DNA from: Auanema rhodensis | Lineage: Eukaryota; Animalia; Nematoda | Assembly (NCBI GenBank): GCA_964057225.1 | Contig: OZ059896.1 | Span: forward strand, 18,290,001-18,354,000 | Direction: 5' to 3' | Length of the DNA: 64,000 nucleotides | Part shown: positions 26,654 to 39,469 of the stretch, in pieces | Layout of the letters: the number at the start of each line of letters is the position of its first letter | How positions within the stretch are numbered: the stretch's first letter is position 1 | Notes under the pieces: model-generated | The model's input: only the letters and a program-made list of their open reading frames with translations | Told to the model about the DNA's origin: nothing | Database searches by the model: none | Position numbers and translations under genes: made by a program

Positions 26654-27136
26654 ACGAGTTAACTGTCTTTCCGTATTTACGATTATTGTATTTTATTCTT
26701 ATTTGTATGTTCTTTCATAATTTTATTTAACCATCATTTTTTGAAGATATCTCATTTTTCTAAATTGAGTTTTTATTAATCCCTGTTTTAGGACTTCTTT
26801 GTACTGCTGGTTCTGTATGACTTAAAAATATTGGATTGTCTTGTATTAAATAATTTTCTTAGCCACAAAATTGAATATTCAGTTTAAAGATTATAACAAT
26901 AGTCATAATGAAATCAATTGACGTGCACAAGCGAACATTAAATTGTTCATAAAATAGATAAAGATGGTTAATTGTCAGCTATTCTAACCTTAGCTAAGAT
27001 TTCTTTTTATTGCTACTGACAAAATTTTCAAGTTGTCATACGCTTCTGCTGTTCAAGTTCTGGAATTATCATTACTGTTGTGGAACTAAAATTACTCACA
27101 TTCATTCTAAGTCTTCTATCAGGTTCAGATAGTTAG

Positions 27137-30100
27137 ATGTATAAAACCGCAAGTAGAGATGTACGATACCTTCTGAAGGTACATCACCTATGTACTGCTG
27201 CTCTTTACTTAATTTTTCTATTATGTATATTTATGAACTTCTATGTTCTATTAAGCAGAGAAGATACGGTATTTTATTTACGAATGTATCATACGGTAAG
27301 TATAATTATTACAAATCGTATATCAATGTATGTTGGAATTATGAAGATTGTCATATTTAGATCATTGCTCTTCTAATGTTTTGTTGTGGAGTTATAGAAG
27401 TTGAATTTTTAATCAGAACCAGAAAACTTCCTAAATTAGATCACCCTCATGAAATTCCGGATCCTGCACTGATAGGTGCTTATTTATCTATTATAGATAG
27501 TCTTAAAACAAGCATAAATTCTTTTTTCATGTCAATTGTTCTCTTTTTTTTAATCTCATTATCCTTAGGAGCAATTGCACTAACTATTGGAATTACTCTT
27601 GGATATCTATATTTTATTGTTTTTAACTATGCATTCCAAGATTGTGATAAGCTTGTTGATGCCATTTATAGGTTTATTTGATCTATTGAAATCAAAACCA
27701 ATTTGTTTTTCATATTATAGTTCTGAACTATGGATGGAAGCTATATACGATTTGCTCATGGCATCATTTTCGATGTTAAGCTTAATATATATACTACAAC
27801 GTCGATATTTTGGTGCTATTAATTCAAATTTGGATAAGGTTTTTTCTTCGATTACCTTGATTACAAAACACATTCTGAATGTTTTTATAGGTTGGTAGAC
27901 TGTTCATAAACATTACGTTCTCTGTTGTTTGGATGAAAGTAGTTATTTATAAGGCCTATCTCAGTCATCAGGTACGAAACTTCTGTATTCACACACCTTT
28001 TTGTCATCATTTGCTTCCAAAAATAGCTGAAATGAACCTTTATCTTATAAAAATTCTGTAGGAACTATGTCAGCGTAGAGAGTTAGAAGGATATTGGTGT
28101 CCAGTCATGAAAAGACATTATGATTGTGTCCCAAGTAATGATCTACACGGAACACAAAAAATGTGGTATGAAGTATACTCTCAAACATTGATAACAATTG
28201 AAAATATTCAGGTATTACATTAACAAAGGAATATTATCTTCTTCTATCATCTCATGTGCATCTGAATTCTTCCCCGTTTTAATTGTAACCCATTGGTTAT
28301 CATGTGGTGGGGCTGAGGAAAAAGCGGAAGACATTGAAAAGAAAAGAAAGGTACTTCAAAAGGAATAAAAGTTTAAAAATAACTTTCGCAACTCTTAAGA
28401 TCAAACAAGGAGTTCGTTCTTTGATGCGTGAATTTATGAAAGATATATCTCGTGTATATACTAATAACTCTGCTCTGGATACCAAACCTTTGAAAATCGC
28501 GTTAGTTTTGAATTTGAGTGATTTATTCATTCTTATACTATTTAAGACAACTAATCCCTTTAACGTTCTGGGTTTTAACTCCTATAGTAGCAATTGCGTC
28601 ATGTGTTAAATGGCTTGTTCGCTTCTATTTCACAATCGGTTATTTTGTTAAGTTTATTCGCAACAACTTTCTTCTTATTGTACAGATTTTGATCACTTAG
28701 CTGCCGAGCATTGGAAGGTTTATGATATTGTCGGAATTATAGCAAATTTCCTACAGTTTATTTTCTTCGGACTTGTAAGAACCAACTGAAAAATAAAATG
28801 AAAACAATTATTTGCATAGATGTTTGCGTTTGCTAAGAAGTTTTTGAAAAATGATCGTCTGGATGCACATCACAAAGCTCATGCTAGAGGAGATGTTTCC
28901 ATATTGTTTGGCTGCTGCCTTGTACTATTCATCAAAATGGTAATTTTCACTCATTTTTCATGATAGTTTGATCTTTGGTTATACTCTTTTTTCATTAATG
29001 TATTTTAAAATTCAACACTATCATTTTTATGTTGAATATTATATTTAATAGCATAATAATTGCGCTGAATAAAATGATGATGAGCTGATTAAAGTTTTCT
29101 TTTTCAGGTTCTACAATGTACGGAAGTAGAATACCAAAGGAAAGATGGTTTTTATACTACAACGGATACTGTAACTTACACTTTTAGCTTTTTTTTTGTC
29201 CATGTAAGTTTTTTATTCTGAGAGCTTCTGTACCCACTATCTTGTAATTTTGAACACGAAAGATAAGTTGTTTTCTGATGCGTTGCACCAAAAGAAATCA
29301 ATTAATTCTAGTTGTTGCTTTAATATTTGGGTCTGCTACAGTTTATACCCCCCCCCCACCTTAAGCTCTGCCCCTTTTGCAAAAACCCCACAGTTCAACA
29401 TTTTCGCAGCTAAAATGTTAGGCACGCACCAGCTTTGCATAAACCAGTGGGAGTGCTCTATCTCTGATCCGGGGGGTCTGGGGGGTGACCCCCCCCCAGA
29501 TAGAGAGAGTTGACATATGAGATTTAAGATGTTTAATTTTGAAAATTTCCAATTTCTTACTTTTAGTATTTTTTTTCACTTGCACATTGCATTATACATC
29601 ATTATTGAATTACCCATCCTTATACTTAATACTAATTAATTTCAGGTAACTGCGCGCGTTTTTGCAAAAGGGGCGGGGCTTAATTGTGGGTATAAACTGT
29701 AGTAAAGCTCAATATTTAAATGTTTTTTTTACGTTTTACAATCCACAGAAAAAGAAAGTAAAAATAGATAATGAATCAGTTAACTATTGTCTCACTGATA
29801 AATTATTAGATCAGAAAACACATAAAATTGCATTCAGCTGACGTCAGCTAGTTATATGATGAATACATAAATGTGTCTAGATTTACAATTAAAATAATAA
29901 AAATATATAATAATAATAATAATAAAAATAATACAAATAATAAATAAATAATGTAACCACTAACTGTTCTACCTTTCAGTCTTCTCAATGGTTCCAATAT
30001 TTTGCTGTTCGTCGTATTCTAGCCATGACAGATAGAGATTGTAAAGCTACGAAACGCTTTATACCCTTGATTGCTTCAGGTGACATCTGTCATTAAAATT

Positions 30101-30874
30101 TTTTTGACCTCAGTTATCTTGTAGGAGGGCTTCTCATAGCTTGGATTCACTTTGGTATAACATTTTTCGATACATCCCTTATCAAATATCAGCTGACAGA
30201 TGAAACATTCAGGTTAGTACATGTTTAAAGACCTTTGTTTCTCATATCTTGAATGTTTAACTTTTTAGATTTTCTGAAACTGCTTTAATTTGTATGATCT
30301 TCACTCAAACCATATTCCCAGCTGATTATCTCTTTGCTTTCACTGTTAGTGGATGTTATTTGGAATTATTACAAAGGTTCAGAATATATTCAAGAAATTA
30401 AAAACAAAATAATATTTAGATATTTGAATATGGGATTCTTCCAAATAGGAAAACCCGTCTTTGTGAAACCTGGCCACGGTCATGGACATGGTGCTGAGGA
30501 ACATGACAAAAAGGTCAGTTATAGCTTTAAAGTAAATTAGGTTTTTACTTATTCTACTTACTACAAGCTTATTTTTGAGATAAATATATTATTTTTCATT
30601 TTTAGGACGGACATACTGATAGATTCCAGCATGGCCCCAATATATCAACTATGATGCATGCTGCTCAAATCATGCATAGAAAGCGTTTTGAATCTGCAGA
30701 TGTAAGTAAATTTCGAAATATTCAGAAGAACCAATTATTAAAAAAGAGATTTAGCAAATGAAACTAAACAGAGATTAGTGATTTCAAAATATAATTTATA
30801 TTCAGACAACAGCAACTGCGTCATCATTAGATAGTCATATGAGAACAATCACTATACATGGAAAAGAAGATTAA
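27137..30874 (+). CDS. Multi-pass membrane protein, possibly a divergent otopetrin-like channel
   Basis: Many TM segments across ~16 exons. Weak otopetrin-like landmarks: NITFSVVWMKVV, SCASEFFPVLIVTHW, IFPADYLFAFTVSGCYLE. His-rich GHGHGHG cytoplasmic tail. The gene is well supported; the family call is tentative. Confidence 0.7.
29339..29699. mobile_element. MITE-like non-autonomous element with ~45-bp terminal inverted repeats, inside an intron
   Basis: Left end TA|CAGTTTATACCC...TTAAGCTCTGCCCCTTTTGCAAAAAC; right end GTTTTTGCAAAAGGGGCGGGGCTTAA...GGGTATAAACTG|TA. TA flanks and CAGT termini are Tc1/mariner-like. No coding capacity. Confidence 0.75.
29888..29952. repeat. Imperfect (TAA)n/AT-rich simple repeat in an intron
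   Basis: taataataataataataaaaataatacaaataataaataaataa. Confidence 0.6.
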
Positions 30875-31039
30875 GTTTTCTGGTTTCTTAGGCTTTATTC
30901 TGTAAAAAGTATATATAGTTATGACCACTTTTTTCAACCCGATTTCCCTTATATATATATGATATAAATATATGTATATACATTGAAAGAATAAACATTT
31001 GATAAATATATAATAAAGCTTCTTTTGATAATGTATTTG

Positions 31040-34000
31040 CTAGTCATTTTCGTTGCTGATATCCAAATAGAAAGCATTGTCTTCTAAGCCTAACGTTTGA
31101 GTTTCGGTATCTCTCAGGAAATCCAATGCGTGATCCATGCTCGTGCCAGCATGCCGAATAGTATTTGATTCTTCCCTAAATACAATTTAGAAAAAGGAAA
31201 AGTCAAGAAATTGTTTAAATCTAATGAACTATGCTAAAACTTTAATTCGTATATGATATGATTGTACTAACCCATTTAATAGTGATTGGTCTATAATTGT
31301 ACCGAAACTGCGTGTTTCAACAGATTCAGCTGGGTTGTACGGCGTATAGGACATGGCGATATTTTGCCTAAAAACTGCTTAATAAGAACTATTTAACACC
31401 TGAATAGGTGGTCTTCTTCAATTTGTTTTTTTTTTCAATTTAGAAAGAGTTTTTAAAGAATGAAATTTTAAATAAAAATGTTTCAATGAATAAAACTTCT
31501 CCATTCTTTAATAAATAAAAAAAAACTTTTAATTTTGAACTTAGTTTAAAATCTTTTCAAATGTGCCTGTCTAATAGGGCTCTATAATGACAATCTCTCT
31601 AAGAAAATTTAATTTATTCAGTTTTGTAGCAAGAAAATATGACTTAATAATCTAAATTATCGATTAAAGTCCCAACTACTATCAAAAATATAGAAGAGAT
31701 TACTTTATACATTCTACTAACCTTATAGTATCAGTATTTTGTGTATTATAGCCAAATGAAGAATATTCATTGCTGTTTTGAGATTCATAGTTTATAAAGT
31801 TGGAGTCGCCGAATGAAAAATCTGTACCCGTAGAAATGTGACGAACATCTTAACAACACTTTTTTGAAAAAAAATTAAGAACTTCAAAATTTGTTCTACC
31901 TGGAGTATGAGATTCAGAACAATAGAATGAGGTATGTGGTAAAGAGTTATACTGACCCGAAAAATCGAAAGATTGTGGCAAATCCTAATAAAGAAATTGT
32001 AAAAAGACGATTAGAATGTGAAAACTTCACATTGCCAACGCCTACTGTAGATGTCTGTGGCAGGAATGTTGATGTTTGAGCTTGAACAGCTACTTCGCAT
32101 GTTGTGCGTAAAGAACTTCAAGCGAAAAAAAAACATTATTTTGAACTTTTTAAAGAGATAACCTTGAGATTCGTTCTATAGTTGCTTGAACATCATCAGT
32201 TGGGACTATGATTATAGTTGGCTGAGGAGCAGTAATCAAGGAAGTTACATCATTAGATCTGAAAACATCAAAAGAATTAATATAGGATAATGCTATAGAA
32301 ATGATTTGCCTCTGACGACAATCAGGAGTTGATCTTGTTTGTAAACTTTTCGAAAGCTTCCTGTTGCTAGAAATCGGTAGTTCAGCGGATGACACAGGTC
32401 TGATATCTAAAGCAACCCATTAAAGATCATATTAGATAGGAAAAAAAGATTTTTTTGTTTTTTCAAATCTCTTTCAATATGTACTAAATCACCTTATCCA
32501 TTCAATTTTGTGCTTTTCTCAAATCAAAAACAAATGAAACTAGAAGTCTCAAAAAGCCTGTTACGTAAAGTGCTTTGCCGTTTACGGAAGTTTTTTTTGT
32601 TATATTATTCATGTGTATTACACATCAATTGCTGGGTATCTTTTTTGGCTATTGCTTTGTTTCAGACAACGACCTTGGTAAGCTTGGAGGCCGCACTTGA
32701 CGGACTATATAAGGGCATTTGGCAGGTGGTTGATCAGCAGTCTCAATATGAGCGCCAAAGTTTTAGCTACTCTTGCCTCCGGAGCTTCCGGAATCGTTAT
32801 TTTAGCATGCCTCGTCATGGTAGGATCTCTTTTCCAAGAGATCAACACCTTATACGATGATGTTATGGACGACATGAACGAATTCAGAGTAGGAATAAGT
32901 TTCATTTCAATTTTTTAATAAAATTGTTCAGATGGTCGCCAATGAAGCCTGGAAGGACATGATCATCCCAACTCAAGCTGGAGCCAGCCACAGAAAGATC
33001 GGAACCATCTTCGGACGTAACAAGCGTGCTGCTGGACAATGCTCTTGCGGAACTCAACCAAACAACTGCCCAGCTGGACCACCAGGACCACCAGGACAGC
33101 CAGGAGAGCGCGGAGAAGATGGACTTCCAGGAGATGCTGGAAGAGCCGGAACCCCAGGAATCTCTATCATTAACGTTGAAGACAACAAGGGATGCATCCA
33201 ATGCCCAGCCGGACCACCAGGACCACCAGGACCAGACGGACCAGCCGGACCAGCTGGACCTGACGGACAATCTGGAGCCCCAGGAGCCCCAGGACAAGAC
33301 GGACAACCAGGAGCTGCTGGACCACAAGGAGATGCTGGATTCCCAGGAGCCAATGGAGAAAATGGAACCCCAGGAGCTCCAGGAGCCAATGGACAACGCG
33401 GAAAGGGAGCCCCAGGACCACAAGGACCACAAGGACCACAAGGAGCCCCAGGAAACAACGGAGCCCCAGGAGCCGACGGATACCCAGGACAAAACGGACC
33501 ACAAGGACCAGCTGGACCTAATGGCCACGATGGACAAGCCGGAACTCCAGGACAACAAGGAGAAGCTGGAGGAGAAGGACTTCCAGGATCTGATGCCGCT
33601 TACTGCCCATGCCCAGCCAGAACTGGAGCTGTTGAGTCCGAGACTGCCAGTCAAGGATACAGACGCCGTTTCTCCAAGGCTTAAGCTAAAACAGCTCAAT
33701 GAAAATAAAGACTTGAATCGCTTAATAACTGTTTTTATTGTTTTCTCATATATACACTGAAATGATGATACATTGAAAAACCAGATTAAAATTCTATTGA
33801 AACAGAAAAAGTTTAAGATGACCTTTTAAACATGTTTTATGTAGCGTTTGATATATATTTTGAATTAACCAAGGCCATTTAGATTATTAGACTTGATATC
33901 AGTCGAACTGGTCCCACCCAACTATAACTTTCATAGGAAAGGTCATAAAGAAGATAAAAACCTACGTAAGTCCCTGGACATGCAACGGGACTTTTTATGA

Positions 34001-34487
34001 TAAACAAAATCCTTTTGAAGAGCGAACCTGGTTCCGCATTCACAAGCTATAGTTTTCTCAGTATGTACCTAAAATAACGAATATTGCAATTTTGTATTGT
34101 CAAGTTCGAGTCAAACCCGTAAGTAATGTTGCTTCAAATTCCGCATTCCGTCAAACTTAACTTTACGTTTCATGCAACCCTCTACTGGGCAGTGATAGTA
34201 AAACGTCCGGCCTAATTAAAAATTTTATTGGAATATGACATATTTCGTGAAACCTAGTCCATCTGAAGCTTTGCAGAATATTCGCTTATCTTCAATAGAA
34301 ACCACTATTTTATGAGTTTTAACTCTATGTAGTCTCAACGCAGAAACGTTAGAAAATCAAAACAACAGATATAGATGAAACAAGAAATAAAGAAAAATAC
34401 TTACGATTTATCACATATATCACATCGCTTAGTCGAATCTTCCCCCAAAATTTCGTCTATGTTTGGATACAAATCCACTACTGACAT
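31040..34487 (-). CDS. ATMIN: ATMIN/ASCIZ-like zinc-finger transcription factor with multivalent dynein light chain (LC8)-binding tail
   Basis: [15 protein letters not shown]...[22 protein letters not shown]...[58 protein letters not shown]. Compare ATMIN FYCCPIEGC...VKQHFMKMHAEKKHKC. A phase-1 intron (32407-33965) leads to a disordered tail with [24 protein letters not shown] and RDTETQT; stop TAG 31040-31042. Confidence 0.82.
32704..32715 (+). promoter_or_regulatory. Probable TATA box of the collagen gene
   Basis: CTATATAAGG about 40 nt upstream of the collagen ATG. Confidence 0.55.
32748..33684 (+). CDS. Nematode cuticle collagen, nested antisense within the ATMIN intron
   Basis: Col_cuticle_N TM/coiled region, RNKR furin site, CSC...[17 protein letters not shown], Gly-X-Y repeats and AAYCPCPAR. 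One intron at 32889-32931. Strong GGA/CCA codon bias. Confidence 0.97.
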
Positions 34488-34619
34488 ACTAGAGTCATTT
34501 TGTCGTAAATGGTATTTAACTATTTTGATGAGCATATAAGAAAATGTTAACAACATTAAGTTTTTATAATCAATTTAAGAATAAATATTTATTGCGATAA
34601 ATACACTATATATAGCATA

Positions 34620-37285
34620 TTATATAATATTATTCGATTCTTGACTGTTTTTCACCCGTTCTATTTTGTCATAGCATACACAATATGTTGCTAAGAAGTA
34701 ATTTTTATCAATAATGCAGTGAGGATCATCTCCGTATATAGATACATGACTAATGGCTGATAAATCCAGATATAAATTATTAGCTATGTTATCATAAAAC
34801 ATAGTAACCTGAAAGCTGATAATTATATTTTACTACGAAAAGGAAAACAATAACCTCGTAAATTGCTCTGCCAGGAGTCGTTGAAAACTTTAACTGATAA
34901 TGTGCAAAAACAGCTTTGGTGTCACCAGATAAATCAGGAACAAATCCATCATTATCTTTTACAGATTTGTATTTCAATAAATCTTCATTTGGAACTAATC
35001 TATAAAAATTAGATAATGCTTACATTAAACTTAAGATCCAAAATCAACTCCAACTCACTTTTTAGCATAAATCAACTTTTTAAGCTTCAGTGGCGAACAT
35101 AAATCAGTTACATTTGATAATTCACCATTAATCGCATTTACGACATAATTTGCTAACTTATAAGAAATTGAGATATCTTCTGGTGTTTTTAAAGCATTCA
35201 TCCAATTTAAGCATGTGCACCAATGTGGTTCAATTCCTGCCTGAAACCATAAATTTCAATCAGAATACTGTATATTAATATTACCTTATCACAAGTTCTA
35301 GATTCTGGAATTGGACGAAATAAAGAAAGAGATCGTTTTTCAATAGATTGAACTTTTGAAATTTCATCAATTGTTGGCAGATGTAGAATATCAGTAAGGG
35401 TAGCATGAAGATCGAATGGAGTTGATAACCTTAAAACAATATCTTTATAAGTATATTTAGTCAATAAAAACAAACCTTTCTTTGTTCAGTTTCAAATTTT
35501 CTTCCATTTTAGCTCCAAGTGTAGTTTTCTTTAAACTTTCAGGAAGTGCAATTGCTACGAATGGAAGGCGCTAATAAATTTTATATAATATAATTAGCTT
35601 CTCTGTTATTCTTTGATTTTAAACCTCTTCAAGTTGACCCTGTTGAGTTTCCCTTAATTTAGCGAATCGATGTCCATGATCAGCCATCAGAATTACAAGA
35701 GAATTTTTGAAATAGCCTAAATTTTATGAATATACGCATATATATTTAAAACTAATGTACCTTCATCATTCATGTTATTAAGGAATTTCACAAGATCATC
35801 ATCTTCAACTTGAACAAGGTTAATATCATCATGAGAAAGTAGAGATTGATGCATGAATAAGAAACGAGGATAATCTTTATATATTTTCATAAACTGTTTG
35901 GCATAAGCAAACCAAGACTACAAAAATTATTAAATGTTTGAAACATATTTATATTTTACCTTGTGCAATGGCTCAGACCCAAGACAATTTCCACCTCCCT
36001 TAGCTTCATAATCTTTGAAGAATGGTCTCAAGTAATGATCTGTTGGTTGTTTCCTAAACCCTTTAAGACGATATGTAAATGTGCCTATAAAAATATTTTC
36101 TCTAGTTAGAGTTAACTGTATAGTACCAATATTAAATGCATCTTCTCCGTAAATAGTGGCATAGCCTTCAGATGAAAAATTATTCCAAATAAAAGGATAA
36201 ACATCATCTACATAATTAGCTTCAGAATAACGCTTTCTGAACTTTATTTTGAACATAAAAGAATAAGCAGTAAACTAACCTAGTTAAAGGTAACTCCACC
36301 TCGGTAGATGCCGTTAGAATAGGTATAATTGCTTGAGGAGTTCCATCCCCAACAATGTTATATCCTGAGATTTAATATCAAACATAAATGCAAATTAATA
36401 AAAAAGCTAACCATTCAAAACCGTAGATCCAAGAACCTTTTCCAAAAATTCCACTGTTTTCGGAAGCTTTCTTCTATATGACATTTGACTCAACGAATCA
36501 ATAACAAGAACAAAAACATTAACTTTTTCATTCTTATTTGTTTTAAATGTTTTCAATCTCTCTTCGACAGAATCAATTTTAGCAGCAGACATGAGTAGAT
36601 TACTCCTGTAAAACATTCTTGAAAACTATATAAAAGGTATAACAAAACCATTGCTTTAAATGTGAATATGTACATACTACTTTTCCAAAATCATATTTCA
36701 TTGGACGTCCAAATTCTAAAGGTTGAGGCTTTAGATAAGTGTTACTAGATCCGTCCTTTCTATAGAAATACACTATCTTACAATCGGCATCTTTTCTGAA
36801 TGAAATTACTATAATAAGGAAAAAAACTGAACCCAACCGTTCCGGTATCACTTGTAAATTTCCATTGTCATCTAAATAAACCCAATTGCTTAAAGCTTCA
36901 TTACATGATAATGGAGGAGGAACTGAGAAAAAACCGCGAACCTCTGTACCGTTAATATCTAGTTTAGGAACCCGACAAGTCTGAGAAAGTATAATAGTTT
37001 TTTAAAACATAGATAAAAATTACTTGTTGCATAAGAGTATTTTTTCGAATATCACTAGATGCTATTTTATTCGAGTTAGATTTGGATTTATCTCCACTAA
37101 AGTCATCTTTGCCAGAAACAATAACATTAAAATCCTGTAGACACTTAAGTCATTAGAAAATATCTTTGAAAACGTTTAAATACCTTCACTTCATCTCGAA
37201 TTGCAGCAGTTTTAAACAAAATTACAATACCTATAACAGTTCCAAGTATCACGAGTTGACGTAACTTGACTGTTCTAAAGAACAT
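34620..37285 (-). CDS. DUF229 family protein (alkaline-phosphatase/sulfatase-like fold, type II membrane)
   Basis: N-terminal TM; VNVFVLVIDSLSQMSYRRKLPKT, GYNIVGDGTPQAIIPILT, MADHGHRF...GQLEERLP, LSTPFDLHATL, AGIEPHWCTC; ends YCVCYDKI...NNII*. Confidence 0.9.
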
Positions 37286-38103
37286 CGATCCAAATCTGGA
37301 AACTATGAAATATAATTTATTTCCCAACGTAAGTACTGTATGCACAGATGAGCAAAGAGAATATAGTAAGACAAACATGGTATAGATGTCGAATAAGAAG
37401 GGTTTAGCCTGATAAAAACAGCGGTTAAAAAAATCAATCGACCAACTTCATGGAAGAAAACAGGAAGTGAACTTGAAGAAATACTGTGGAAAAATTCGCC
37501 TTGTTATTTGGAGCGAAATTGTTTTTTTACTATTCATTGGAAGAAAAGATCAATATTTCATTAAATGAACTTAGAAAGGTCAGATTAAAAACTTGGAAAA
37601 TTTTTCAAAAGATTTTTAACAAAATGGAGGAAGATATTTAAAGAAGTAGGTAAAATTGTAATTTTTATAAGCGCTTGTGTGTGAATCAAGGAGAAATTAA
37701 ACCTTCAGTTCACCATATAGTTCACCCTACCGCTACCATATTAATTATTATAATCAAGCTTCACAGTATAAAGTAACAATGATTATTAAATTGCCTTATC
37801 ATTGCCGTATTCCAGATTTCTTTTAGCAAACATACTAACATGATAAATTCTTATAGTTTATATATGTAGTCTCCCTGTTTGATGTTTAATCAAACATGTG
37901 TTCGTTCTGCATGTCATTGTAACAACCGTACGCATGACTAGGGTCGTGAACGAAGATCTGACTCATATAAATACAAACTTTATTTTTGCCGAGAATATTC
38001 GCTTATTTCAAGCTTAAAAATAATGTATTTTAAAATTTAACATTAAATTTTGCACAATATTAGAAATTAACATATTACTTTCAGTTGGCTCCATCCAAAA
38101 GTC

Positions 38104-39179
38104 ATGGTTGAACGTCTGCGTAAGATTTTGCTTTTAAATTTCGTTAATATTGTTTGTTGTTTTTAAGGTGACAGTGAGGTTAATACAAGAAGACTTGTTA
38201 ATGTGGAGCAATGTTTTGGTAAAGGCAGTATCAGTTTAAATAGTATTGGAAGAGTTTTAGTAGGAGAGGGAATTTTAATTAAAATGTGCAGGTAATAACC
38301 AAAATCTTTATTGTAGCTATCCATTCTGTCATTCTAGGAAGAAGCCTAAACAAAGACAATTTTTTTTATTTAATGATATTCTGGTTTATGGAAATATTGT
38401 GATTTCAAAAAAGCGTTACAATAAGCAGCGTGTTATAGCTCTTGAAAGTGTTACTTTAGAAGATTTATTGGATGATGGTAGTAAGTTAATTATTTTTTTC
38501 CGTATATAAATTGAACATAATAGTGTTAAAAAATGGCTGGGTAATAAAAACTCCTTCTAAATCGTTTGCTGTCTATGCTGCTACAGCGACCGAGAAGAAA
38601 GAATGGATGTTGCACATTAAACGATGTGTAGACGATCATAGCAAAAACATAAAAGGTTTGTTCATTTGTTAAGTCTATGATCGAACTTATGTTTAGGAAG
38701 AGAAAATGGTACTGCACTCAAGCCTGCACCGGTTTGGGTACCCGACAGTGATGTCACAAAATGTATGTGCTGTAAACGGAAGGAATTTAATTTACTTTAC
38801 AGAAGAGTTTGTTACCTTTACTATCTTTTGCTTATAGTATGTATTTAGCATCATTGTCGTGCATGTGGTAGCGTCATATGTGGAAATTGTTCTACACATG
38901 CTTTAAAAATTGACGCTGTTAACAAGAATACTCCAGTTCGTGTTTGTGATACGGTCAGTTTTACTAAAAACAATTAAGACTTTTCTAGTTTTTAGTGTTT
39001 TGATGAGAAAACTGGAACAGTAGGGCGGGCTCATGGTAGAGCAGGGACTGAGAATAAGGAGGAAGGTAGTGACTCTTCGGATGATGATATTGAGATAGAC
39101 AAAGAAGCTAATAAAGTAAGTTTTTGTTTTAATATAGGGCTAATTTCGATTTTTGCAGCCAACCTTTTACGAAGGATAA
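38104..39179 (+). CDS. PLEKHF2: PH- and FYVE-domain protein Phafin/PLEKHF1/2
   Basis: MVERLRDSEVNTRRLVNVEQCFG...[33 protein letters not shown] (PH); WVPD...RRHHCRACG...VRVCD (FYVE); acidic SDSSDDD tail. Confidence 0.92.
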
Positions 39180-39469
39180 TCATGACATTTTTTATTTTGG
39201 TTTTATAATTTCTGTATATAAATGTTTAATATAGTCAGTTAACAAATTTGATAGATTTTAAATATTTTCCTTATAATTGCTGTAAGCTCTCAAAAGGATT
39301 CGCTCATGCATGTTCACTTATACAATGTGATATTGAACCGCTTTACCTTAACTTATAATTTTTCCACATGTGAATAAATTTATTAATATTTACCCAGCTT
39401 TGAAATTCATCGAAACCAAAAATTTAAAAATAGTATTTACAAAATCCTAATTGCTCATGTCTTGAAAGA

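Noticed and set aside
32902-33760. Long overlapping antisense and alternate-frame ORFs over the collagen (265, 244, 134 and 110 aa)
   Set aside because: These are shadows of Gly-X-Y repeats with extreme GGA/CCA codon bias; there is no independent coding signal.
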